Notes under the pieces: generated by a model
Databases searched by the model: none
Seen by the model: only the letters and a program-made list of their open reading frames with translations
Told to the model about the DNA's origin: nothing
Shown: positions 26,779-40,660 of the stretch, in pieces
How positions within the stretch are numbered: the first letter of the stretch is position 1
Layout of the letters: each line of letters starts with the position of its first letter
From: Camelus dromedarius
Lineage: Eukaryota
DNA: 64,000 bases
Assembly: GCF_036321535.1 (NCBI RefSeq)
Contig: NC_087436.1
Coordinates: 75,084,001 to 75,148,000 of the forward strand
Direction: 5' to 3'
Made by a program: the position numbers and the translations under genes

Positions 26779-29700
26779 AACCCCTCAGAAACCTGGAGGA
26801 AACAAGTACAACCCTAACTAGCAGAACAGATGGGTAAATGAGAGCATAGCTAGAGACTCAGGATTCCCTCACAGCCTGAATCCAAGCAACCTGAATAGAA
26901 TACATAGTGACCCAGAAACAGTTCAATTTTTTTGATACAGGAACAACAAATGTAACATCCATCACAGTGAGCTTACTATTCAACAAACTTTGAGATAGCA
27001 TAAAGGAAACCATGTTCCTATTTCTCTAATGAATTCTCACACTAGATGTTCCTCTCTTTAATTTCCTACTTCAGTCACAAGTACAGACACTGACAAAATA
27101 AATAAGACAAGTGATTTGGGATTTTTTTAATTTGTACTTTTGTCCTCCAAATTCTTTGTCAGCCTAACTCCAATAAAGTTCAAATAACCCTCTTTGAAGG
27201 GCAGTTGTAGGATATCCAGGTATGCAAGGAAAAAGCCACAGGATGAGAACAAAGTTTCTACCCTGTTGTGTACCCAAGATGCTATTATGTAGTCAAAAGG
27301 GAACTATCCAATGTATTTGGCATATGTTTAAAGATAAACATGTAAAGTCCTTCTGTCTATTTCCCAGCATTCTCCTTAAAACACTAAAATCATCAAAGGT
27401 CACTGTATCTATCTTTTGGAAATTCTCCCTTGAATTCTTTGTCTCCACTACAGCTAACCTACGAAAGTTAAGTTGGGGCGGGGGGACAGAAGCAAGAATA
27501 CTCTATTCACAAAGATGTCTACAATTTAAGATCAGAAAGTTTACTGAAAGCATTCTCCTAAAACTCCTTATCAATAACAAGTACTACCCAAAGTATTCTC
27601 CGAGATCAACTGGCTGTGCAGTCTGAAAGAAGAGTAAACAGGAACACACAGCACAGTCTTGTTTCTTCAAACCTGCAAGTAATGAAAACATTGCTACTAT
27701 AAACAAAGTAAAGAGTAAATATGTTCAGACCCTAACTGAGACAAGCTACAAGGGCAGTTGTAAATGGATCACAGATCATCTAGATAAGCCACATTGATTA
27801 AAAGTAAGCATATCAAAAAAGAAGAAAAAAGTAAGCATATCAAGAATATGAGAGTTCTTAAAACTCAAAGTAACAAATCCACTAGAAAAACTGGACTCAG
27901 TCCAACATGTTAAGTCTGAAAAAACTGAAGTAACATTCTAACACTTGATACAAAACAAAATATTTCATCTTTTTTTTCCTTCTCTTACCTTTCAATTTCA
28001 GGCTCTGCCTCTCTAGTGGTATGTAAAATCAAATAATTCAATAGTATTTCATAAATATAATCTCTTAAGTTTGTTCATATAAGCAAAAAAACCCACCTCT
28101 GTATAAACCATGAATGCTGCATTGCATCAAGAAAATTTAAACACTAATTCAAGAAATTGGTTTCCATTGCTAAAAAACTGAACATGATACTAGGATAAAA
28201 AACTAAGGATTAAACTAATGAACCCTTTTCATAATTAATAGCTTTTCTAATTATTTTAGCTTTTCTATTTCTTTAGAAAAATAATTAAATCTTAAATACA
28301 AAGTCTCACTGACTGATATTGAGAGTAATCATAATAGCTGTCCCATACTTTTGACATGAACCAAACTGCACAATGCTCCAGCGTTAGATATACACAGCAA
28401 AATACACATGAAGAGGTGTTACTTATCTATAAACCAAGGTTTATAACTTGGAATCTACAAGTCCACATTAAAAACAGTGTAAAACAGAAAAACCTTAGTA
28501 ACTAAACTCTGTCTGGGATAAAACTCAATAAGGAACAAAGAAAAGCTCCATCCAGGAAAGGGTTCCAAGGTGCCAGAATCTCAGTTATGAAAGAATTTAA
28601 AAGGCAAGGCCAATGCAGACTCACATCGATCCAAAACAGATAGCGTTAAACAATAGAGCTAATCCTTAACTTTTTGGCATGAATAACAAGAGTACCCACT
28701 CTACTCATACAAATGACTGCCAAGAAGGTGGTGCTTTGTACTGAGCGGAAAAGGTTTGAAGGGAAGGGCAATCAGCTTTAAAACAGTTCCTAAAATAGTT
28801 GCTTAAAAGGATAAAGAATAAGAGAATTTACAAAGGCTTTGAGTCAAGCTTGGTTTCAGGAAAAGGATACTTTCGCCCTGTGTGGAAGCAAAAATGAGCC
28901 ATTGTAAAATACAGATACCCAGATTCTGTCAGCAGAAGGAAGAGTATTGTTAATCATTTCCCACAAAGGTAGCAGAGCCTTTAACTTGGACTCCTATTTT
29001 TTCCTGGCAGGTAGATAAGTCTGCAAAAGCAATAAAGCAAACTAAATATAAAACTCTTCTGAATATCAACCCTGCAGTCAAAATGCTAACTTCACAAACT
29101 CATCAAAGGTCACAGAGGAATAAATTTCCTGTTTTGTTACTTAAACTCATTACCTTCCTCCTGAGCTAACCAGTACAGAGAATTTCCTTCTTGTTTTGAG
29201 GCTGACAAAATGAGGGTGGTATAGCTACAACATACAGGGAGTTGCCCAGAATCAAGGAACAGAATTTGGTATCATTTTCTAAAACCCAGTTGGACGTAAT
29301 CTATATTTATTATTTCTCTATGAGGAAGAGCTTAATAAACATCTTGATTAACAATTTCTTGAAACTTTATTTTGAGGTTATTTTACAAAAAGCCAAAAAA
29401 AAGAGGAAAAGAAAATGTAATGCCAAAAAAAAAAACTTTATTTTTAATTACTAGAACTGTGTTCCTTGCCCTAAAAACCTTATAGTCTAGGAAAGCTTGT
29501 GGAAAGGGAAAACAATGATCACTACATTGTAAACATTTATGTATTTCACATCTCTTTCTAATGTATTTAAAGTTGGTTGCCACAAAAGATATGTAACACT
29601 GTTTACAAACAACTATAATTAAGAAACGTGTATGAATTCAATAAAAGAGCTAGCAAGAATAAAATTCGACTGAAGCAATAGTTCTCGACTAGTTGATGAT

Positions 29701-30479
29701 TTAATTGAGAAATATGCTACACGTACTGTAATTTGTAACTAACAGTAATAAAAATGACCTAAATTTGTATACAATTTATATACAATACACATACTATATA
29801 TGTATTAGTATTGCTGTGCCTATCCTCCTACCAGCATTCTACCAATGAAAGAAAAAGGAAGAGTTACAACTATTTCTCAAAGATTATAAATAACGATGAA
29901 TACATTTGCATATGCAAATATCAGCCTTCATGTATGTTATATGGCTTTGTTTAGTCTTACCCTATCAAAATATAGCCATCTCTCTTACCACTCTAATAAA
30001 AACTGTTCTTATTAAACATACATGGCTTCAAATTACTAAACTGATTTTCAATCCCCTTTTCAGTCAGTACTCATCCTGTATGGCTTCTCTGATTTTGAAA
30101 ACTGAAGGCTACCTTTTCTTGAACCTTTCTCCTCCCTTATCTTCTGAACAGATTTTAAGTAGGTGGAAGGAAGACGGTTTATAAATGGAAGAGAAAAGAA
30201 AACACGCACTGAATGCCCCGTCTGTCTGTGTTAAGATATTGTGCTAGACAATTTGCATGCATTATACATTTAATTTTACTAAAATTATAAACTACTATTA
30301 ATTGCCATTTTACTGAAGAGGAAGCTGAAGTGCAGAGAAGTTGTGAAACACCGAACACCCCACAGCTAATTAGTGACTAGACTGGAATTTAAACATGGGA
30401 AACTCCAACTACAAAATTCACACTGCTTCTGCTAAACCACGACAAGTTTAATTTTATACATTTCTTTAAAAAAAAAAGA

Positions 30480-31950
30480 GGAATCATCTCATAATTTGGG
30501 GGTGCAAAAAACTTTTCAAAGCAAGTTAAAAAACTTTACAGACCATAAAGAAAACAGACTGACTAACAGTATTAAAAAATTTTAATGTCCTTAAGACAAA
30601 GAGCAAAGTCATAAACTCCATGGATAAAGAGGAAACTGGAGCAAAAAGTCTCTATAATATATATAATGAACAATGTTTCTAAAATACAAACAGCTTTTAC
30701 AAATCAGTGAAGAAAAAAATGCAAACATCCAAGAGAAAAATTGTGGGGAAAGGTCATGATCAGGCAAATTACACACAAAAATTTTTTAAAAATAACCCAA
30801 CTTATCAAATAAATGAAAATTTTAAAAAGAATATGAATTTATTATCAGAATGGCAAAGATTAATAATATGAAAGAGAGTTTGGAGAAATAGGCACCCACT
30901 ACACAAGTGGTGGGAGCATAATTTTATACATTCCTAAAGGGCAATCTAACAATATGTATCAAAATTTTGAAAGTGCAATCATTTTAATCCAGCAAGTCCA
31001 CTTCTACAAATTTACCTTCTACCACTTGTACAAAAATTTAAAACAGTGTGTAAAGGTGCATATATGGGTCCTTTCACTGCATTAGAATTGATAACTGCAG
31101 AAAGGAAATCAATTAACTGCCAATCAAAAGAGAATTAAATAACAGTACATCAATAAAATGAATTACAACCCAGCCATTAAAAAGCATGATGTGTAGAAAT
31201 GTATAATGATGCAGCTGCTGTGGAAAAGTGTGTCAACTGCTCAAAAACTTAAACACAGAATTACCATATGATCCAATAATTCCATTCTTAGGTATATACT
31301 CAAGAGAAGCAAAAACGTAAGTCCACACAAAAATCTGTACATGAATGTTCATAGCAGAATTATTTATACTAGCCAAAAAGTGGAATCAACCCAAATGGTC
31401 ATCAGCTATGAACAAATGAACAAAATATGGTATATAGCCATACAATGGCATTTTATTCAGCCATAAAAAGGAATGAAGTACTGTTTCTTGCTACAAAACA
31501 GAATAATCTTGAAAATATTATGCTAAGTGAAAGAAACCAGACACAAAAGGTCACATATTGGATGATTCCATTTATATTAAATGCCTAGAATAGGCAAACT
31601 GATACAAGGTAGACTGGTGGCTGCCAACTGATGAAGGAATCAGCAAACTGGAACTGCTAACTGGCATGAGGTTTCTTTGAGGGTGATAGAAATGTTCTGG
31701 AATTAGATAGTAGTGGTGGTTCACAACACAGTGAAAATACTGAAACCACTGAAGTGTACACATTAAAATGATGAATTTTGTGTTCTTTAATATACATTTC
31801 AATTTTTAATGCCATAATTTTTTTAAAGCATGAAGCATATCTATTCATAGAAAAAAAGCCAATGATATGTTGTTAAATCAAAAAGCAAGTTTAAAAAAAC
31901 AGTAAATACAGTATGATTCTATTTACGTATGCTTATGTGGTTACATAAGT
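30480..31950 (+). mobile_element. Old L1 3' fragment with a nested L1MB-like 3' end (~31195-31824)
   Basis: Two successive L1 3' UTRs. AAAGCATGA repeated at 31181-31189 and 31825-31833. Confidence 0.7.
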
Positions 31951-32177
31951 TCATACTACCCAGAAACAGATAATGCTACCATATATATTATACTAGTAAC
32001 TCTCTTGATCTCCATGAGATAGGATAACCAGAAAATTATGCTCTTCAGTGTCATTTTATTTTTTTTTACAAAGACCACATAATTATTTCCAAAAGCAGAC
32101 ATGAAAAAATATTACCATCTGCAAAGAATTTGAGAATAATATGACAAAAATACAGAGTAGACTGAAACCGGGAGACA

Positions 32178-32635
32178 GTACAGCAAAGATTATTAACCTG
32201 GGGTCCATAAACCTCAGAGAATCTGTAAATTTGTAAAAGAAAAAAAATTATATCCCTAGTTTCACTAACCTCTACTTAAAATTTAGCACCTTTTTCAATT
32301 AGACCTAAGCAACCTCCCATAATATTAGCAGTACCTGCGATTCTTGTCACTAACACAAGGTACATTTTTATATCACATTATAGTTGTTACAGATACATCA
32401 AAATATCACTATATATATATATCACTACTTCAAAATTACAGTAGTTATTAGACTCACTGCTAGATCTTGTTATTTAAATGCACTGATAAAGGGGCACATA
32501 TATTAATATGTCACATCTGTTTTCATGTACTTTAGTATTTCAATGTACCGGGTTCCTTTTTAATCTTACTTCTTTCATTCACTTAAAAGCATTATTCTGA
32601 AAAGGCTCCACAGCCTTCTCCAGACTGCCAGAGTC
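32178..32635. mobile_element. hAT-Charlie-type DNA transposon fossil
   Basis: ttaacctggggtccat...ttcactaacctctacttaaaatttagca...aaaagcattattctga...ccagactgcca, a recalled Charlie4-like pattern. Confidence 0.55.
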
Positions 32636-32900
32636 CCTACAACCAACTACCCATATCCAAACCTAACACCAATGTGTTAGAGGCAGGAAGGGAAACCAAT
32701 CATGAGGGTATTCTAATTATACCGGCATAAAGTAAGAAGGGCCTAAATTTAGGCAAAATAGAAAGCATTCCAATTTTAATCAGTTTGTCTACTACAAAAC
32801 TCATAATTTTCTTTCCCAAACTGCATTCTTCTTCTGATTTTTCAATTATCTCTGACTTTTCCTTCATAATCACTGATGTCACTTAAAAGGTTTCTTTTCT

Positions 32901-33003
32901 CAATGAATATGTGTATGTTCATGTATGACTGAAAAATTATGCTCTACACTTGAATTTGACACAATATTGTAAAATGATTATAAATCAATAAAAAAAATTT
33001 TTT
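32901..33003 (+). mobile_element. ~100-bp L1 3' terminus inserted in an L2 fossil
   Basis: gtatgactgaaaaattatgctctacac...ttgacaca closely matches the 3' end of the L1 at 14640-14720. Flanking tttcttttct repeats. Confidence 0.75.
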
Positions 33004-33589
33004 AAACTTTTCTTTTCTATCCCAATTGACACAGATCTCTCTCTTGACTTATCACTTCGTATTTTAATTTTAACTCTGTAAAAGAGACTCTCTCCTCCCA
33101 TTCTGATCCCCTCAGCTGATTCTGCATACCTCAACTATATTAATCTTCTTAATTATTTTAAAACTGCCACCAACCTCTCAAAATCACTCAATGCTCCCAA
33201 ATGTCTTTAATAGTATTAATTACGAGATTCTAGAGCCATATTTACAATAACTATCAATCAAAACAATTATATAGCTGTGTCCTAAAAAAATCAACTAAAA
33301 CAATATTACAACATAAAACTCGGGTATTAATAAGAGAACCTCAATTTATGGATATAGAAAACCACTTGCTGCTCTAGAGTTAAACCTAGGGTAAAATTAA
33401 AATTCTTTGTTCAAACCCCTCTATAATACTCATGCTCTAATTTGCTTTATTACCCTCCTTATTCCCACTGAAATGCTGGAGGTTAACCAGATATTAACTC
33501 AATGTCCCTCTCCTCCTTGAATCTGGACTCATGCCTTTCTGCTACTACATATTTGGTGAAACAATTTTCTATCATCTTAATGCCATTTG

Positions 33590-34120
33590 ATCATCCATTT
33601 ATTTAATAAACAGTTACTAAGACCCTAAAATATGTTAAACACTTAGTACATAGTAGGGGTTAAGCCCATACTATGTATCAAATGCTGGAGCTACAAAGGT
33701 GAGGTCTCTCTGCTCTTAAAAATCTCACAGTCTAGTGCAAAAGCAGAGACATAAACCAGGTAAATACAAGACAGCGTGGTAAATGTCATGAAAGAGGAAT
33801 GCACAGGATGCTGAGGGAGCAGAGAGAAAGAGCATAAAGCAAAGACTAGAAGTGTCAGGCAAGGTTTCTTGGAGTAGGAAGCACCTTAAGTGAATTATTA
33901 AAGAAGTCACCGAGGTCATAAAGTATTAAGGTATTGCAGGCATACAGAAAGCATAAACCAAGCTGTATATAAGTCACTTGGCATGGCTAGGCTAGAGAAT
34001 ATGCTTGAAGAGAGAGGAGTAATAAACAATAAAACTGGAAAGGTACACAAGGATAAAATCATTATGGGCCTTGCATAAAATGCTATGAAAGTTCCTTTTT
34101 ATTCTGAGAGCAATAAGCAG
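33590..34120 (-). mobile_element. L2 fossil 3' region
   Basis: catccatttatttaataaacagttact...ctcacagtctagtg...gtcaggcaaggtttcttggag. Confidence 0.6.
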
Positions 34121-34320
34121 CAGCAAGATATGCTGGTAAGTATACAAGTTTAGGAATTCCCATGACCTAAACCTGAATTCAACCTCCTGTGTCACTTGCT
34201 ATGTGACTTTCTTCAAACTTGCCTCTCTAAGCTTCAGTTTGGTCAACCATAAGACAGAATTAATAATACCAATTTTGCCAAGATTCTAACAGTAAGTTAA
34301 TTCATGTCAATCTCCTAGCA

Positions 34321-34512
34321 CAGGGGTGAGTAAGCTGCAGCTTGGTTTGCCAGCAATGAATGGTTTTACATTTTTTAAGAATTGTTTACTTTAAAAAAGA
34401 AAAACTACAACCAAAAAAAAAAGAGAAGAATACAGAACAGAGATCTTATGTGACCCACAAAGCCAAAATATTTACTACATGGCTCTTGACATAAAAAATT
34501 TGCCAACTCCTT
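34321..34512. mobile_element. MER58-like hAT MITE within a MIR
   Basis: caggggtgagtaagct...tgtgacccacaaagccaaaatatttactacatggctcttgacataaaaaatttgccaactcct. Confidence 0.65.
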
Positions 34513-34999
34513 CCAGTAGCACATAATAGGCAACCAAAAAATGGAGTCCTTTAATAATAATTACTATGTAGGGAATTTAAGCAATGTCGAATGAATTTTA
34601 CAAGAATTTCTCTGGTGACAATGTATACAAGGAGCAGAAGTTAAAGGAGAAATAATGGATGTTGGGAAACAAACAAGGAGAATGCTGCAGTAATCCATTA
34701 ACTTTTCCTTTCCCTCCTTCCAACTATAAAGGCGAGATCTACTTCTACCTCCTTTCTTTGTCCCTGCAAGTTACAAACCCACTTGTGTTCCCTATATTAT
34801 AGCACTTACTGTTCTTTGTCACTTAGCAAATTCTACCTTAACTTGCTTGCTCTTTATCCAGGCTTAAATCCCCTATAAGTGTTAAGTATTGTAAGGGTAA
34901 AGTAAATACTTTAGAGTCAAATAGATCCTGTTTTAAACATTGGTATTAACAATAGTCAAATTTGTTATTTTACTTGTGTGTCTCCTAACAATAAGAAAC

Positions 35000-35260
35000 A
35001 GTAATAGCTAATATAGAGTTTTTAGTTTAGTTTTGTTTTTTTACTTCAGATGTGCCACATACTGTTCTAAGCACTTTATAGGTATTACTTAATTTAACCC
35101 TCACAGCAACATTATAAGATTAGGACTATTAATTACTGTCTCCCTATTACAGATGTGGAAATTGAAGCATGGAGAAGTTAAACGAGTCCCCCACGAGCTA
35201 GAAAGAGAAGGACCTAAGGCTCACATTCCTAAACAGCTATAGATTGAAAACCACACTGTC
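35000..35260 (-). mobile_element. MIR fossil
   Basis: gttctaagcacttt...tttaaccctcacagcaac...attacagatgtggaaattgaagcatggagaagttaa. Confidence 0.7.
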
Positions 35261-36917
35261 TAATTCACAGGAGTTTCATGAAGACTAATTTATGTTACAT
35301 ACTTAAAGGGAAGGGGATGGCTTTTCACAGTCCTTAGTACTCAGTAGTCCAATAAATATTAGTCCCACTTCCTGGTAGAAAAAACTATGTTCTGAACTTT
35401 TTCCCTCAGAACCCTGAATATAACAGTTTATAGCCAGTAGAAATTTAATAAACGTTTATTAAATAGGTTAGGTATACTTTTGGTGATTCAAATTCTTATA
35501 CTGTTTCAAGGTTATCATTCTGTACTTAATTCACAATATATTATTTCAGAAATTTGTGTATATTTTGCAGAAGATTACACTAAATATGTACCTATAGCAG
35601 AATACACCTTGTCAATTTTTTGGTTTTCTTTAAATATAAATATTGTGATCAGTTAGCAATGGGTATATGTGTAAAGATCTCAGCAAAGTCTTTGTACAGA
35701 AAGACATTAAGGTTGGTATATTCTAAATTTAGTTCTATTCTCTTAGTGATATCTGTTACTGGCAAATATCACTATGATCTATGTTACTCATTCAGAGAAT
35801 CTATTTAAGTAATTTGGGAGGAGAAAAATAAAAAGATCCTAAACGATAAGATTTCAGAGAGGTTCTCTCAGCAAAAGATGATATAAGAGAGATAAACTGC
35901 TATAACGTCTATTTTGTGTCACCAATTTGTGACACCAATTTCTATTGTTAATAAATGAAAACCCCAAATTACCAGGAATCTATTCAGTATGAATGATGAG
36001 TCTCTCACACAGCAAAGCAAACTACTTACTTCTTCAAAAAAATTAGAAATAAATTTTTATCTGTAATGAGGTTTTAAAGTGAACTGAAAAAAATTAATGA
36101 AAATAATCCTGCTATGAAAGAGAATACAAAACAAAAATTCTATTATTACTTTCCAATTTTTGCCTTGTTATCAGAAAGATTCTTAGCTAAATCCCAAAGT
36201 TATTTGATCTGAGACTTATAACATAAAGGAAGAAATATAATTAAAAAAAAAATTACCTAATCAGAATGCAGCTGCATGCAAACACAATTACAGCTTCAAA
36301 GGTAAACAAAGTGTGATTATCACTTCAAGTGAAACATAACCTTACCTTGTAGAGCAAAATTTCCTAAGAAATCTATTACTTTCTTGAAAACTTACAAAAA
36401 TAAAACCATTGATACTGAATGTTTTAGGGAAAAAAGTCAGGTGACAGCCAGGGTCAAAGTAAACATGGAATTCTTCATAAACCATACCCTTGATATCACA
36501 AAGGTTTGTTCTCTTCTTTTTAATTCTATGGTTAGAATTTCTTTTATGATTTAGTTTCTTTCTGCTTCCTGTGTCCCCATCCAACCTAGCTATCAAACTT
36601 AAAAAGAAAAACTTCTCCACGGTGTTTTTATTGAATGCTTTTCAAAAGAAGCAACATTCTCCACTGACCTAGAAATCCAAATTATTCAGAAAATCTTCAG
36701 TAAAGGATTAAGGGTCTTCCAAATGTGTATATGGACTAATGAAGACAATTAGCACGAAAGGAGTAGGGAGGAAAATGAAGGAGGGAGAGGGAAAAAAGGA
36801 GCCCCTCCTTCCCAAACAAGTTAAGCATTATTATCTGCTACTTATTACTGGACATAGCATCTTCATTTTTCTAATTCACATTTCATACTTCCCTCAAAAC
36901 TCAATCTCAATACCCTC

Positions 36918-39085
36918 TTCAATTCAACAAACTAGGAACAGAAACTTCCTGAATCTGATAGAGGGCATCTATGAAAATGCCACAGCTAACGTCAGACTTA
37001 ACAGTGGAAGACTGAATACCTTCCCCCAAGATCAGGAGTAAGAAAAGGATATTTGCTCTTGACACTCCTTTTCCACAATATACTGGAGGGTTTATCCAGG
37101 GCAATTAGGCAAGAAAATCAAATAAAAATGCATCCATATTGGAAAAGAAGTAAAAATATACTTATTTACAGGTGATGTGATCCTTGTTATAAAGAAAATG
37201 CTATGGAATCCAGTAAAACTATTAGAACTAATAAACATGTTCAGCATGGTTGCAGGATACAAGATCAATATACAAAAGAAATTTACTGTATTTTTATACA
37301 CTTGCAATAAACAACACAAAAATGAAATTAAGAAAACAATTCCATTTACAACAGCATCTGAAAGAATAAAATATTTAGGAATAAATGCAACAAAAGAAGT
37401 CTAAAACTTATGCTCTGAAAACTACAAAACACTATTGAGAGAAATTAAAGAAGACCTAAATAAATGGGAAAATCCCATGTTCATGAACACGAACTAATTT
37501 AATATTGTTAAGTTGGTAATTCTCCCTAAACTGATCTACAGACTTAACACAATTCCTCTCAAAATCCCAGCTGGCAGAAATTGACAAGCTAATCCTAAAA
37601 TTCATATGGAAATACAAGAGATCCCAAATAGCCCAAATGATCTTTAAAAAAAGAATAAACTTGGGGAACTCACACTTCTCAATTAAAGTTACAGTAGTCA
37701 AGACAGTACTGGAATGAGAAATGTCATAAAAATGAATGGAATAAAATTAAAAGTCCAAAAATAAATCCTTACATTTGCAGTTAATTGATTTTCGATAAGA
37801 GTGACAAGACAATTCAATGGAGAAAGAGCAGTCTTTTCAACAAATGGTACTGAGATAACTGGTTATCCACATGCAAAGGAATAATTTTAGACTCCTTACA
37901 TCAGGCCATAAATATAAATTAACTTAAAATGTAGCAAAGATCTAAATATAAGAGCCAAAACTATTAAACTCTTAGAACAAAACAGACAGGTAAATCTTCA
38001 TGATCTGAGATTAATAAGTGGTTTCTTAGATACAACACTAAAAGCACAAGCAACAAAAGAAAAAGTTAGATTTCATCAAAATTAAAAACTTGTTCTTCAA
38101 GGGACACCATTAGGAAAGCAAAAACAACTTACCAAATGGAGAAAAATATTTGCAAATCAAATGTGTAAGGGACTTGTATCTATAATGTACAAAAAAAAAA
38201 AAACTCTTATAAGGTCAATAACAAAAAGATACATAACAACTTCAAAGTGGGCAAAAGATCTGAATACACATCTCTCAAAAAAACATACAAATGGCCAATA
38301 AGCAAATGAAAAGACACACAGTATCGTTAGGGAAATGCAAATTAAAACCACAAGATACTACCTAACACCCATGAAAAGAGCTATGATCAAAAAGACAGAT
38401 AACAACAAATGCTGGCAAGATTTGGAGAAACTGCAGCCCTCATACACTGCTGGTGGAAATGGGAAATGGTGACGCTGCTTTAGAAAACAGCCTGGAAATT
38501 CCTGAAAAGTTTAAACATAGAAGAATGATATGATTCAGCAATTCCACTCCTAGGTATATAACCAAGAGAAGTGAAAATCATGAACACAAAAACTTGTACA
38601 TGAATGTCATAGTAGAACTATTTATAATAGCCTAAAAGTACAAACAACCCAAATGTGCATCAGCTGATAAACAAAATGTGGTATATCCATACAGTGGCAG
38701 ATTATGCAGCCATAAAAGAATAAATTACTATTACATAATATAACATGGATGAACCTTGAAAACAAGGTAAGGGGAAGAAGCCCATGATAAAAGACAACAT
38801 ATTATATAAAAGACCACATATTCTATTAAAATAGGTTCTATTTGTATGAAATGTCCAGACCAGGCAAATATATAGCCAGAAAGCAGATCAGTGATTGCCT
38901 ACAATTAAGAGTATGAGAGAATGAAGGGTAACTCTTAAATACAGGATTTATATTTCAGGTGATTAAAATGTTCTATAAATTTTTGTGATCGCTGCACAAC
39001 TATGAATATACTAAACACTACCAAGTTATATACTTAAAATGGGCTACTCCTATGGTAAGTGAATTATATCTCAAAAAAGCCATTA
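36918..39085 (+). mobile_element. ~2.2 kb 5'-truncated L1 (L1MB-like)
   Basis: ORF2 remnant VAGYKINIQK...IPFTTASERIKYLGIN, continuous to the 3' end gaattatatctcaaaaaagc. Confidence 0.88.
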
Positions 39086-40329
39086 CCCAAAAACCTCTCA
39101 ACTCTTTTAGTCCCCACCCCACCTACCATTCCATTTTATGTTACTCTTTTTCAGAATGTCTGTAAACAGTTTATATTGTATATATTGTTTATACTGTGGT
39201 GACTTGAACTTGTTCATTTATTGTTTTGAAGTAACTAAATTACATGTTTTATCATCCTTACTCATGAGCTATAAGCTTCACAAGGGTTTCTTCTACCTCT
39301 TTCATACTTCTCTTTAAAACAAAGTATAATGATGGGTACAGAATGTGCCCTCAAAAAAGGTTTTTAATTTTCAAAATGCAAAATATTATAAACAGTTAAC
39401 ATGGAGAAGTTAGCCAGACTACTCAAAAATTTCTCTTTTTAGGAAATACAGGTACATATAAAGCTCTCCAGATCCCTAACCAAACTCTCCAGAATAAAAA
39501 TAAATAAAAGTGGATGCAGAGCTGAGATTTCACATTACAATAATTCTAGGCAATAAAAAAAAGTTGTGATTCAATTAAAATTAAAGTTATCCAGAAATCA
39601 AATTCACTTAATGTATGTAGGGTTCAGTGTAAGTGCAGGTGGTCAAACAAAGTTGTAGTATTTTCATCATGAAACACGAGCACAGGTTAATAATTAAGTC
39701 TTCATTGTTTACTTGATGATTTTATTATTCTTTCTGGGTTAAGGCTTACAAATATTAATTACAATGACTTTAGAATTAAAAAACAGCAACAGAAAACACT
39801 AGAACACAGTAAGGTCCACCTAAATGGCATTTCTTTAAAGTATAAGGTAATAATAATAACAATAATGATGCTCTCTCCCAACAGAAAAAGAAAATTCAAA
39901 AAAATGTATTTCCCATGAAACTGTATCTCAGAAACGGAAATTCTAAATCAACTGATTTCAAAGTACAAAGAGAAATAAATCAAATAGCCAGAACCCAGCA
40001 GACCACAATGGCAATCAATAACCAGATAATAAAAGAGAAACCCACTAAAGGTATAAATCCAATTGTAATATTCTCTGTAAAATCTGTATCTTTAAACAGC
40101 TGCTGAAACTTGTCATTCAAACCTATCTTAGAAGAGAGTCCCTTCTTCCCTCCTCCTCCTCCTGTCCTTACTCGGTCCCTTCTCTTCCCATCACCCCACA
40201 ACTTTCCACACAATTTTACTCTCTGAAGAAAGAAAACAACTTTTAAGCATTATTATTCACCTTTTAGCCATAATTTCACAAATATATGCTACCATCTAAT
40301 ATAACATCATGAAATGCCCCCAGCTGTCT

Positions 40330-40660
40330 ACCACCCAGGGACTACATTCCCATCCCCCTTGCATTCAAATAAGATTCTATGACAAATTCTCACCAGTGAA
40401 ATGTGGGCAGATGTTTGTCTTTGGGGGTTCTTAAGAAATATCCTGTGGGTAACAGGCAGCGCTCCAAGTCTCTGGGGAATGGTGCAGCCATAAGATGTAA
40501 GATGTCTGGGTCCCTCAATTACCACATGGAGGAAAGCCACAAGCCTACTAACAAGGAGCACCTGCACTGGACTGTTATGTGAGCAAAATAAAAACTTACA
40601 AGTGTTAAGCCACTGACATTTTGGAGTGTATTTATTACCCTAATTAGCATTACCCAAAGT
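40330..40660. mobile_element. MLT1-type solo LTR fragment
   Basis: cagtgaaatgtgggcaga...tggactgttatgtgagcaaaataaaaactt...gttaagccactgacattttgg. Confidence 0.65.

Noticed and set aside
27222..27626. 134-aa plus-strand ORF, and the 137-aa ORF at 59169..59582
   Set aside because: No recognisable domain or splice context. The second overlaps a MIR. Consistent with chance ORFs.
35914..35939. Short tandem duplications (13-mer ttgtg(t/a)caccaat x2; also agactacag x2 near 20922-20945)
   Set aside because: Ordinary slippage-type micro-duplications with no spacer array, so not CRISPR-like.
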